A stretch of DNA of 64,000 bases from assembly GCF_009914755.1 (NCBI RefSeq), contig NC_060948.1; one strand, given 5' to 3'. The translations under genes were made by a program, and so were the position numbers. Position 1 is the first letter of the stretch. Each line of letters opens with the position of its first letter. This document shows, one piece after another, positions 1 to 12,742 of this stretch. Origin of the DNA: the human T2T-CHM13v2.0 reference genome, Homo sapiens. Under the pieces are notes generated by a model, which worked only from the letters and a program-made list of their open reading frames with translations, did no database searches and was not told the origin of the DNA.

Positions 1-175
1 GATGTAAGGCATGCAGTTGGATATGCCAAGTCTGAAGGTCAGAACAAAGATCTGGCCTGAAACTGGGAATTTGTTAATGGTCAGCATAAAAAGGGTGTTT
101 TAGCCTTGAGAAAACCCAAGAGGATCCATGACTGAGACCTGAACAATGTCACCACCTACAGATTTAGTAAAGATG
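1..175 (-). mobile_element. L2 LINE fragment (degenerate)
   Basis: 'gcagttggatatgccaagtctgaaggtcagaacaaagatctggcctg...' resembles the reverse complement of the L2 3' region. Confidence 0.45.
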
Positions 176-824
176 TCAACAAAATACAGACCAAAGTTCA
201 TATTAAAATTAATGGGAACAGTCAAACTACTTAGTGAGCGGTATTCAGTCAACTAGCATTTAGCTAGCTATTGGCTAGCAAATTTGGGGGAAAAGTGTAT
301 AAAGAATCTTTGATTAGGTTTCCAAATATACGAAATAAAAGCCACTCACATGTTAGAAGTCAATATACAAAATTATATTATGTTAATGGTACTATTTAAT
401 GCTAATAGAGAAAAATGAAAATTATTCTGAATTAAATCAATAGACAATGTATTTTCTATCGTTGTCTTTGTTTTCTTCTCAATTTATTTGTGTGTCATTT
501 TAACTCACTAAGCAATGACTCCTCTTAATCCCATTACTTTTTATTTAACACTGCATTTGTTTTTCATGTGCGCAATATCATACTGCCCAATAGAGAGGAA
601 ATGCAGAATTTAGACTATTATATCAGAAACATCTTTGCTTTTCAGATTTGGACTTCTGGAGTGTGGTTAATTTAAGTGTTCTCATCAGGCCTTGATATTT
701 CAGATTTCCGTAATCACTTCTCCAAAATAAAGTCTGAAGGTGATGACTACAATAAAATTAAAATTATACTGGCTTTTAAGATAATTATGTTTATGTAAAT
801 GTGACGCCTTTTTTTGGGGGGTGG

Positions 825-3800
825 GGTGTCGTAAAATACCAATGTATATGTTATATTCGTAGGTGCCGTAAAATACCGACGTATATGTTATATTCGTCGG
901 TGTCGTAAAATACCGACGTATCTGTTATAATCGTCGGTGTCGTAAAATACCGATGTATATGTTATATTCTTCCGTGTCGTAAAATACCGACGTATCTGTT
1001 ATATTCGTCAGTGTCGTAAAATACCGACGTATATGTTATATTCGTCGGTGTCGTAAAATACCGACGTATCTGTTATAATCGTCGGTGTCGTAAAATACCG
1101 ACGTATATGTTATAGTCTTCCGTGTCGTAAAATACCGACGTATTTGTTATAATCGTCGGTGTCGAAAAATACCGACGTATATGTTATATTCATCGGTGTC
1201 ATAAAATAACGACGCATATGTTACATTCGTTGGTGTAGTAAAATAACGACGTACATGTTACTTTCGTCGTCGTGAAATACCCACGTATATCTTATATTAG
1301 TTGGTGTCGTGAAATACCGACGTATATATTATATTCGTAGGTGTTGTGAAATACCAACGTATATCTTATATTCGTAGGTGTCGTGAAATTCCATCGTATA
1401 TGTTATATTCGTAGGTGTCGTAAAATACCGACGTATATGTTATATTCACTGGTGTCATAAAATAAGGACGTATATGTTACATTCGTCAGTGTCGTAAAAT
1501 ACCGACGTATATGTTACATTCGTCGTTGTCGTGAAATACCTACGTATATCTTATATTAGTTGGTGTCGTGAAATACCGACGTATATATTATATTCGTAGG
1601 TGTTGTAAAATAACGTCATCTATATTATATTTGTAGGTGTCGTAAAATACCGACGTATATAGTATAGGTGTCGTGAAATACCGACGTATTATATTCGTAG
1701 GTGTCGTGAAATTCCGTCGTATATGTTATATTCGTCGGTGTCATAAAACACCGACGTATATGTTATATTCGTCGGTGTCATAAAATACCGACATATATGT
1801 TATATTCGTCGGTGTCGTAAAATACCGACGTATATAGTATAGGTGTTGTGAAATACCGACGTATATATTATATTCGTAGGTGTCGTGAAATACCAACGTA
1901 TATCTTATATTCGTAGGTGTCGCGAAATTCCGTCGTATATGTTATATTCGTCGGTGTCGTAAAATACCGACGTATATGTTATATTCATCGCTGTTATAAA
2001 ATACCGACCTATATCTTAGATTTGACGGTGTCGTAAAATACCGAAGTATATCTTATATTCGACGGTGTCGTAAAATACCGACGTATATCTTATATTCACT
2101 GGTGTCGTAAAATACTGACGTGTATCTTACATTCGCAGGTGTCATAAAGTACAGGTGTATAACTTATAATTGCAGGTGTCGTAAAATACCGACGTAAATC
2201 TTATATTCGCTTGTGTCATAAAATACCGAAATATATGTTATATTCACAGGTGTCATAAAATACTGATGTATATGTTATATTCGTCGGTGTCGTAAAATAC
2301 CAATGTATATGTTATATTCGTACGTGCCGTAAAATACCGACGTATATGTTATATTCTTCCGTGTCGTAAAATACCGACGTATTTGTTATAATCGTCGGTG
2401 TCGTAAAATACCGACGTATATGTTATATTCGTCGGGGTCATAAAATAACGACGCATATGTTACATTCGTTGGTGTCGTAAAATACCGACGTATATGTTAC
2501 TTTCGTCGTTGTCGTGAAATACCGACGTATATCTTATGTTAGTCGGTGTCGTGAAATACCGACGTATATATTATATTCGTAGGTGTCGTAAAATAACGAC
2601 ATATATATTATATTTGTAGGTGTCGTAAAATACCGACGTATATAGTATAGGTGTCGTGAAATACCAACGTATATCTTATATTCGTAGGTGTTGTGAAATA
2701 CCAACGTATATCTTATATTCGTAGGTGTCGTGAAATTCCATCGTATATGTTATATTCGTCGGTGTCATAAAATACCGACGTATATGTTATATTCGTCAGT
2801 GTCATAAAATAAGGACGTACATGTTGCATTCGTCAGTGTCGTAAAATACCGATGTATATGTTACATTCGTCGTTGTCGTGAAATACCTACGTATATCTTA
2901 TATTAGTTGGTGTCGTGAAATACCGACGTATATATTATATTCGTAGGTGTCGTAAAATAACGTCATATATATTATATTTGTAGGTGTCGTAAAATACCGA
3001 CGTATATAGTATAGGTGTCGTGAAATACCGATGTATATATTATATTCCTAGGTGTCGTAAAATAACGTCATATATATTATATTTGTACGTGTTGTAAAAT
3101 ACCGACGTATATAGTATAGGTGTCGTGAAATACCGACGTATGTATTATATTCGTAGGTGTCGTGAAATTCCGTCGTATATGTTATATTCGTCGGTGTCGT
3201 AAAATACCGACGTATATGTTATATTCGTCGGTGTCGTAAAATACTGACGTATATCTTAGATTCGTCGGTATCATAAAATAAGGACGTATATGTTACATTC
3301 GTCAGTGTCGTAAAATACCGACCTATATGTTACATTCGTCGTTGTTGTGAAATACCGACGTATAACTTATATTAGTTGGTGTCGTGAAATACCGACGTAT
3401 ATATTATATTCGTAGGTGTCGTAAAATAACGGCATATATATTATATTTGTAGGTGTCATAAAATACCGACGTATATAGTATAGGTGTGAAATACCGACGT
3501 ATATATTATATTCGTAGGTGTCGTGAAATACCAACATATATCTTATATTCGTAGGTGTGAAATTCCGTCGTATAAGTTATATTCGTCGGTGTCGTAAAAT
3601 ACCGACGTATATGTTATATTCGTCGGTGTCATAAAATACCGACGTATATCTTAGATTCGTCAGTGTCGTAAAATACCGACGTATATGTTATATTCGTCAC
3701 TGTCGTAAAATACCGACGTATATCTTAGATTCGAGGGTGTCGTAAAATACTGACGTATTTCTTATATTCGACGATGTCGTAAAATACCGACTATATATTA

Positions 3801-5935
3801 TATTTATGGGTGTCATAAAATACCGACTATATATTATATTTGTAGGTGTCATAAAATACCGACTTATACATTATATTCATAGCTGTTGTAAAATACCGAC
3901 GTATATATTATATTTATAGGTGTCATAAAATACCAACGTATATATTATATTTATGGGCATCGTAAAATACCGACGTATATATTATATTTATAGGTATCGT
4001 AAAATACCCACCTATATATTATATTTATAGGTATCGTAAAATACCGACATATATATTATATTTATAGGTATCGTAAAATACTGACGTATATATTATATTT
4101 ATAGTTATCGTAAAAAATCGATGTATATATTATAGGTATCATAAAATACCGACACATATATTATATTTATAGGTATCGTAAAATACTGACGTATACAGTA
4201 TATTTATCGGTATTGTAAAATACCGATGTATATATTATGTTTATAGGTATCGTAAAATAGCGATGTATATATTATAGATATCGTAAAGTACTGACGTATA
4301 TATTATATTTATAGGTATCATAAAATACCAACGTATATATTTATAGATATCGCAAAATACCGACGTACATATTATAGGTATCGTAAAATACCGACATATA
4401 TTTTATATTTATAGGTATCGTAAAATACCGAAATATATATTATATTTATAGGTATCGTAAAATACCGATGTATATATTATATTTATAGGTATCGTAAAAT
4501 ATCGAAGTATATATATTATATTTATAGGTATCGTAAAATACCGACCTATTTATAACATTTATGGGTATCGTAAAATACCGACATATATATTATATTTATA
4601 CGTGTCGTAAAATACCGAAGTATATATTATATTTATAGGTATCATAACATACCGACGTATATATTATATTTGTCGGTGTCGTAAAATACCGACCTTTATA
4701 TTATATTTGTAGGTATCATAAAATACCGACTTATATATTATGTTTATAGGTATCGTAAATTACCGACGTATATATTATATTTATAGGTGTCATAAAATAC
4801 CAACGCATATATTATATTTATCGGTATCGTAAAATACTGACGTATATATTATATTTATGGGTGTCATAAAATACCGACGTATATGTTATATTCGTAGGTG
4901 TTGTAAAATACCGACGTATATGTTATATTCGTCAGTGTCGTCAAATACCGACGTACATGTTATATTCGTCGGTGTCATAAAATAACGACGTATATCTTAT
5001 ATTCGTTGGTGTCATAAAATACCAATGTATATGTTACATTCGTCGGTGTCGTAAAATACCGACATATACGTCATATTCTTTACTGTCGTAAAAATACCGA
5101 CGTATATGTTATATTCGTCGGTGTCGTAAAATACCAACTTATATCTTTTATTCGTCGGTGTTGTGAAATACTGACCTATATCTTATATTCGTAGGTGTCG
5201 TGAAACACCGACGTATATATTATATTCGTATGTGTCGTGAAATACCGACGTATATCTTATATTCATGGGTGTCATCAAATGCCGACATATATATTATATT
5301 CGTAGGTGTTGTAAAATACCGACGTATATATTATATTCGTAGGTGTCGTAAAATAACGACGTATATATTATGTTTGTAGGTGTTGTAAAGTAACGACGTA
5401 TATATTATAGGTGTCGTAAAATACCGACCTACATATTTTATTTATAGGTGTCGTAAAATACCAATGTATATATTATAGGTGTCTTAAAATACTGACGTAT
5501 ATATTATATTTATAGGTGTCATAAAATACCGACGTATATATTATATTTATAGGTATTGTAAAATACCGACGTATTTATTATAGGTATCGTAAAATACTGA
5601 CGTATATATTATATTTATAGGTATCGTAAAATACCTACATATATATTATATTTATAGGTATCGTAAAATACCGACGTATATATTTATAGGTATCGTAAAA
5701 TACCGACATACATATTATAGGTGTCATAAAATACCGACGTATAGATTATATTTGTAGGTGTTGTAAAACACCGATGTGTATATTATATTTATAGGTGTCG
5801 TAAAATAACGACGTATATATTTATAGGTGTCTTTAAATACCGACGTATATATTATATTTATATTTATCGTTAAATACCGACGTATATATTATATTTATAT
5901 TTATCATTAAATATATATTTATATATTTAATAAAT
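825..5935. repeat. Large CpG-rich, AT-rich 37-bp minisatellite/VNTR (~140 units by length/period; 31-bp deletion variants)
   Basis: Directly visible head-to-tail repeats of GTCGTAAAATACCGACGTATATGTTATATTCGTCGGT and variants; no unique spacers; ends in an AT-only tract. Confidence 0.98.
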
Positions 5936-7805
5936 GTTTATTGAATTTCATGGAAATTTTACCCAGGCAGATTTGGGCATTCTGTTTTAATGCCAAACAA
6001 ACATGAAACAAACTTACTCCACACAACCCTGATAATAACCAGCCAATATTTTCTTTTTTTTTTCTTTCTTAGCCCATTTATTTGCCCATACATCTGTAAT
6101 AGAGACACACTGTGAGTCAGGTTTACATTTTCCCAGCAAACAGAATCATCAAACAAAAGGATTTTAAAGCTCTGTCTTGCTTGTATATAGGTTGTATTTC
6201 CCTAATTTTGCATATGTTAGCATTTCACCTGTTATCATCTGTGGAGTTCCCTAGATTCTGTTTCCTTCTGAAATCTGATTTCAAAAGAGGAGGAATGTTT
6301 ATAAAATGTTTTATGTGCCATATCTTATATAAATATGAAAACCACATTTTCATATGGGAAAAAAATTATAATTATTATACCTTCCTTACAATTATGTTGC
6401 TCAAAGAAAGTTAATAACTTATCCATATCATTGAGCTTTTCAGTGCCAGAGTTTAGATTTTTATCCAGGTCTGCTTAACTCCAATGCAATTCTCTTTTCT
6501 AAAGCATAAGACCAAACAAAACTATTGTTATCTTATAAAGATTACATTTCCATTGGAAATGTCACATAATAGAAATTAAAATCTAGTATAAAGTAGACCA
6601 CTATAATTCTTTGATTCAAAAATATGAAATGGACTTTTTCCCTCTGTATCAGCCTTCCATGCACCATTTCCCAACATTTTTCATTCTTTTCAAGCTGATA
6701 TTCACAAAACTTTAAGTTAGAATAATGATTGCGAAACAGCATGAAACAAAGAAAGCTAAAAATACCCTAAAAGGTGAATGAATACAGGAAAACACTTTGC
6801 ATAACTTGGTAAGGATGAATTTAAAATAGTTTATATTGCATAACTTTTAAGACAAAAAAACTATTGCAGAATACAATTTTCCTGCACATTACATTGAACA
6901 TTTTATGCCAATTACATTAACATTTTTCCGATTCATGTTTTAGCCTGCAATCATGCACTAGATCTCAGAAAACTCATATGAAAAATAAAACAAAAACAAA
7001 CCAACATGAAATAGACAATTGCTGGTCACAGTGGTAAGATAATAATTTTATGCCATAAGAAAACACAACCAGAATATTTTCCTAGGTAATAAACTGTGTT
7101 TCCTTTTGAAATATTTACTACTAGACACTTAATCTCAATCCAGTTGAAACAACATTTAAAACATCCCAAAGGAGTGCCATACTCTGTTCCAGAGAATTTT
7201 TGTATGTGGCTTCTCTTCGACACCCCTTAGTAATCTATTGCTAGTTTTCTCTCTCTTATCTTCTCTTTTTCCTTGTTTTGTTCAACCTGAAGTGTCTCTC
7301 TTCCCACAGGCTTTAAAACATTTATATTAGTGTTTGTTGGGAGGGAATCTTGTAATGAATACATTATTAATAAATCATTAATAACATTTACTAATGGATC
7401 ATTAATATTTGCTACCTAGATATCTGGCTTTCTTTTTGTGGGTTTCATTTTCCATACTACCATGTGATCATTTAAGTCAAAGATGGAAAATAGATTTCAT
7501 TTTGTGTTCCATATTCATATAGATGGTAGTGGCATGCTACATTGAGATAAGAGTTGGAGATTATGTCTTCTTTAAATGGAGAAAAGTTACATGAACATAG
7601 ATAGTTGGGTGGGTGGCTAGTGATGACAGTGTGCTATGTATTTCCCATTTTGATTGAAAATGTAGTCACTATTGAAAATATTTTCCTGTTGTATTAATTG
7701 AATATGCCCCCAAGATACACCTCTCTGGTCTAGTCATACAAACTGTGAGAAGAATCTAGGATTTCTTGTAACTGCTGTGTTGTCCTAGACTGCAATATAT
7801 TCCAT

Positions 7806-7930
7806 ACTAGCATTTATTGAATGCGGACTCTGCATTAGGCACAATTTTAAGTTGTTTACAGGTGTGTTAGTTACTGTTATTATCTTCAATGTGCAGATTA
7901 GGTAACTGAGGAAACGGGGTTAGGTAAAAA
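7806..7930 (-). mobile_element. MIR SINE fragment
   Basis: 'catttattgaatgc...ttaggcac...cagattaggtaactgagg' matches the reverse-complement MIR core. Confidence 0.6.
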
Positions 7931-9547
7931 CACTTCAATTTCCTTCAACATATACTTTCTTTAGATAAAATGTTTTTGAGGCGTATAAGGCTATGGGAGA
8001 ACAGGCAGCATTCTTGTTCCTGAAATGGTTAGTTAAATGTAAGTAGCATTTATTGGAATTGATTTCAAGGCCATAATTCACAAGTCAGACAGTGAACAAT
8101 CTTTACCCTTGTACAGGATGCCTAAATTTTCTTAATTTCTCCATTGGACAGACAATACTTGGGAATCAACTATGAAGTTGGTTTAAAAAGTTCAACTCTT
8201 TCAAGTTGTTATATTTAAAAAGATCATTATGACTAACAACCAATTCACTTGCTGTGAGAAGAGGTGGATGTGAGTCATAAAATAACTTTTAAGTCAGAAA
8301 ATTGGATTTAATTCAGACTTTTCCTCCTCTTACATCAATTGAATGACAGGGATAAATGAACTTGATTTAGCTAGATTTAGAATTGGAGTTGTCTTTCTTA
8401 TCTATCAAAAGCATGGCAGGACTGATCATCTGGATATCATCAGCTGATGATCAAACATGTCAAATTAATGCAGAAAAAATAAAATAATTTGTGGCATTAT
8501 ATTCTATAATTTATTATGTTGATTTATGACACTTTATTTATTGCAAAAATATGGCATCAAAATTTGGAATTTTATCTACGTTACGAATTGGGTAAAGTAA
8601 CTTTTAATTACATTGTATACTTTAAGAAATGTGTTAGCCATTCTACTGCAATTGTAAAAATATGTCCACCCATTAAATTTAAAACCTCCTAATTGAGATA
8701 ATTCTAATAAAATTTTTAAAAATTCTTCAAAGCTTCAAAAACTTCATATTTCTGATCTTGTAATAAGTATAAAACTAAGAGATGCTTTTTCTGTGTAAGC
8801 AATGATTGTTAATATAATAGCTATTGAGTTTTCTCTTTCAGTTGAAAGCATTGTATTTTGACATCAGAAGTTACATGTGAAACAATAATTGTTATAATAA
8901 TTTAATTACCCACTTTAAATGACCGTATATAATGTAGTTGCTAATATATGCTGTTTTTTCTACAGAACATCATTGACAAGATTACGTACATATTCACTAT
9001 TAGCTTCGAGAACTTTTTATGTACACAAGGCTAGTAAAAGCGCATTCAAAATTACATGTTTTAGGCTGAGGTCTCACTCCTACAGTGCCTTCAGCAAAGT
9101 TTTTGGCCTCAGATCATATTCTCAGGCAAATTGTTTTCTATAAAAACTTCCTTTCTGTATTGAAAGGCTGAAGGAATAAAATAAGGAAAAATCCCTTCAT
9201 TTCTCTCAGACAGTGCAAAGGGAGAAAAATTCTCTGGATAAATACACTGACAGTTTTATTTAATGATTTGAATATAAATTAAATAAGTGTTTAAGAAGTA
9301 GTTTAGCTAGTTATACACTTCCTTCATTTAGACAAATAATACAATCACATTTTTTGGCATTATTGGAAATAGCACACAATTTAGGGTCAGTTATTTCTAA
9401 TTCTGATCATTCAAATTTCAAGCTCTTTGACTTTCTATGTTTTTAACATTGGCCAAGTCATTAATCTCTTAAATGTTCAATGTATTCAATTTAGAACTTT
9501 ATAAAATGTATAAAATATAGTTAATAATACAGGTACAACCTACTTCA

Positions 9548-9713
9548 TGACAGAATACAACATCCCAAAATATTCCACTCTCGCATATTGGCAATTTCAG
9601 TTAAAGGCACTTAAAAAACAGCAGATTCAAGAAAAATGCTCTGATCTTCCTTCTCCCTTTTGTTTCTTAAAAGCAGAAGATGAAATTCCCACTTGAAAGA
9701 AGTCCTCCCTATA
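9548..9713 (+). mobile_element. ERV1-class LTR fragment (MER34/MER39-like), host of the THE1 insertion
   Basis: 'cccaaaatattccactctcgcatattgg...ttaaaggcacttaaaaaacagcagattcaagaa' resembles the 5' part of this LTR group. Confidence 0.4.
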
Positions 9714-10076
9714 TGATATGGCTTGACTGTGTCCCCACCCAAATCTCATCTTGAGTTGTAGCTCCCATAATCCCCATGTGTCATGGGAGGGACCCAGTAG
9801 GAGGTAATTGAATCATGGGAGTAGATTTTTCCTGTGCTGTTCTTGTGATGCTGAATAAGTCTCATGAGATCTGATGGTTTTATAAAGGGTAGTTCCCCTG
9901 CATGTGCTTGTGCCAGCTGCCCTGTAAAGCCATGTATTTGCTTCTCCTTTGCCTTTTGCTATGATTGTGAGGCCTCCCCAGCCATGCAGAACTGTGAGTC
10001 CATTAAACCTCTTTTCTTTATAAATTACCCAGTCTTTGGTATGTCTTTATCAGCAGCATGAGAACAGACTAATACA
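9714..10076 (+). mobile_element. THE1 (MaLR) solo LTR
   Basis: Starts TGATATGG...CCCACCCAAATCTCATCTTG, ends GAACAGACTAATACA; 5-bp TSD CTATA at 9709-9713 and 10077-10081. Confidence 0.92.
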
Positions 10077-10234
10077 CTATATCAGAAAAAAAGTAACATT
10101 CTGCATACTGGGTGAGATAGACACATAAATGCCTCAGATGATCATTTACCAATGTGCTATGTGTTTATGGAGTGAAAAATAACTTTAAAAACGTTTTAAG
10201 ATATCTTGCATAGGCATAGGACATAAAACATTTT

Positions 10235-10550
10235 TTTCCTTCAGAGGTTTCCTCAAAATGTCACCTATTTAGTGTAATCTTCCCTGACCATTGTATTTAA
10301 AACTGCAATCTCTTCCTCTCCCAGGTATAACCACCTCAGAGTACCTCTTACTGTCTTTTCAGGTATTATTGCTCTTCTTAATATTTATCACTTTCTGACT
10401 TATATATTACAAATATATTTGTTTGTTTGTGTCTCTTCACTATATTTTGAACAGAAATTTTATTTTTCTATTTTGTTCAATACCGTTTCCCCAACTTTTG
10501 GAATAATGACTGGCAGGTAATAGCTGCTCAATAAGTATTTTTTAAATAGG
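10235..10550 (+). mobile_element. L2 3' end
   Basis: 'ctcaaaatgtcacc...ttccctgacc...gactggcaggtaatagctgctcaataagtattt' typical L2 terminus. Confidence 0.55.
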
Positions 10551-10689
10551 TAAATTAGTAAGTGATCAGAAAATGCTTTATATAATGGCCAACAAAGACA
10601 TATAATTTTAAAATATATGAATTTTCACTTTATTGATTTACTGGCTTTCAGTTCACAGTGATTTCTGACATAAAACTTATACATTTTCA

Positions 10690-11104
<415 letters not shown>

Positions 11105-11994
11105 TTATTAAAAAGCCCTGGGGACATCTCTTATCAGATATTTGAACTGAAAATTTAGTATATGCAATCAAGTTGGTTTCATAAATACATTTTAGAGAAA
11201 ATAAAAACTAATAGTATAAACACAATACATCCCAGATTAATTTAAGAATTAAAGGTGTTATTTATTTTTATTTCAAAAATAAAGCAATTATAAAAAAATT
11301 CAAGTCTCTTTGTATCTGAACTCTTTTCACCCCTTAATTTTATTTTATACAGTTACCTTAGAATGATAGTCACTTTATTTTCAGTTCTTGGACCCTACAA
11401 AAAAATGCTGCAATAAATATCTTTGTATATACACTCTTACAAATTGGCATCCAAATCTTCACACTTTTTCATCAGGGTGTTAAAATACAAAGACCCCTAC
11501 ATATCTGCCAATATTAAATGTGTTACTATTTTATATTGGAACAGACTAATATGATAGCTCTTAATCACTTTAATTGTGATTTCCTTGACTTAGTAAATTT
11601 AAAATGTTTTTCATGTGGAATGTTTACCATTTTGGGTTGATCATCTCTGAAGTGTCTAGTCATCTATTTCCCATTCTTTTCTATTGGGATTTTTACATTT
11701 TTTCCTCTTCAATTTAAAAGAACTATGTATGCATTACAGAAGTAACTTTTTGTCTCTCTAGAGTAGTTTTGGTTTCTGACAAAATAATTACTAACCTGAG
11801 TTCTTGGTTCTCTCCTCCCAAAATATAAACTCTGGCAAATTATAGAAAGAATATAGAGTAGAGAAATCTGCAACAACAAGGAGAAAAATCCCTGGATGTC
11901 AAAAGACTGTTTTAACTTTCTGCAGGAGAAAGGGTACGTGTCTATAGTCTATAGCAAGAGGCATCAGGTTCAACTCTGAAATAATAAATTTGAG

Positions 11995-12197
11995 TAGTGG
12001 TTCTCTAAGTGTGATTCCAGACAACCAGCATCAATGTCACTTGGGAAATTGTTAAAAATGCAAATATGGGGGCCCCGCCTTGGATTTACTGGATCGGAAC
12101 ACCTGGCTGTGGTGGCCAGTAAACTGTTAGAACAAGCCTATCAGATGATTCTCATTCAGAGTGGAATGTGAAAACGAACAAATTTTTGAAAAAACTG
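11995..12197. mobile_element. MER5A (hAT-Charlie) DNA transposon
   Basis: 'tagtggttctctaagtgtg...cagcatcaatgtcacttgggaaattgttaaaaatgcaaat...gatgattctcat...ttgaaaaaactg'. Confidence 0.75.
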
Positions 12198-12234
12198 TTG
12201 AATTTTGTTTTTCCATTCTCCTTGCCATTTCCTT

Positions 12235-12742
12235 TGTAACAATTAATATCTGCTTCTTCACTACAGTAATCCTGAGGCAATAACTCAGACCACTGACTGA
12301 ATAGACAAATGGACTATCCCAGATCATGTGTGAAAACAGAACTCTGACCTATAGCCTCTACTGAAAGCAGCCCAGGAAGTCAAACCACTTACACAGCAAT
12401 CATCCCAGAATAGTCAGGACTTGATCAGCGACTGCAAGCTTCCCTATTTTTTATTCCCAGCTTTGGACTAGGGACTAATAAGAGAAAGCTGAATATGCTC
12501 CCCAAACCAATCAATCACCTAAGATTCCCCACTTCTAGTTAGCATGCCTCTAGCTTTTTCATGCCAACAACCTCCAATCAGAACATAATTGATACTTTCC
12601 CTTTTTCTATCATAGTTTTTCCACTTCCCTGCATATCTCTGAGTCTGCCAAAATCAAGTGATGTTGGTTGACTTCCTTACTGTAGCAAGTTCTAAATAAA
12701 CAGCCTTTGTTTGTTTTCATTTGGTCTTCATTTATTTCCACA
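12235..12742 (+). mobile_element. ERV LTR (ERV1-like, subfamily uncertain)
   Basis: TG...CA ends, CCAAT boxes, AATAAA near the 3' end, LTR-like length. Confidence 0.45.

Noticed and set aside
825-5935. CRISPR array (37-bp palindromic repeats)
   Set aside because: Units are contiguous with no unique spacers, there are no cas genes, and the context is primate DNA
825-5935. Repetitive protein-coding region
   Set aside because: No ORF of 60 aa or more in the track; frequent TAA/TAG stops and a 37-bp period that shifts frame
8436-8451. 16-bp perfect palindrome ATCATCAGCTGATGAT with E-box
   Set aside because: About one such palindrome is expected by chance in 64 kb
5959-9143. Short ORFs in unique AT-rich DNA as genes
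   Set aside because: No recognisable domains, composition typical of random AT-rich frames, no consistent exon structure
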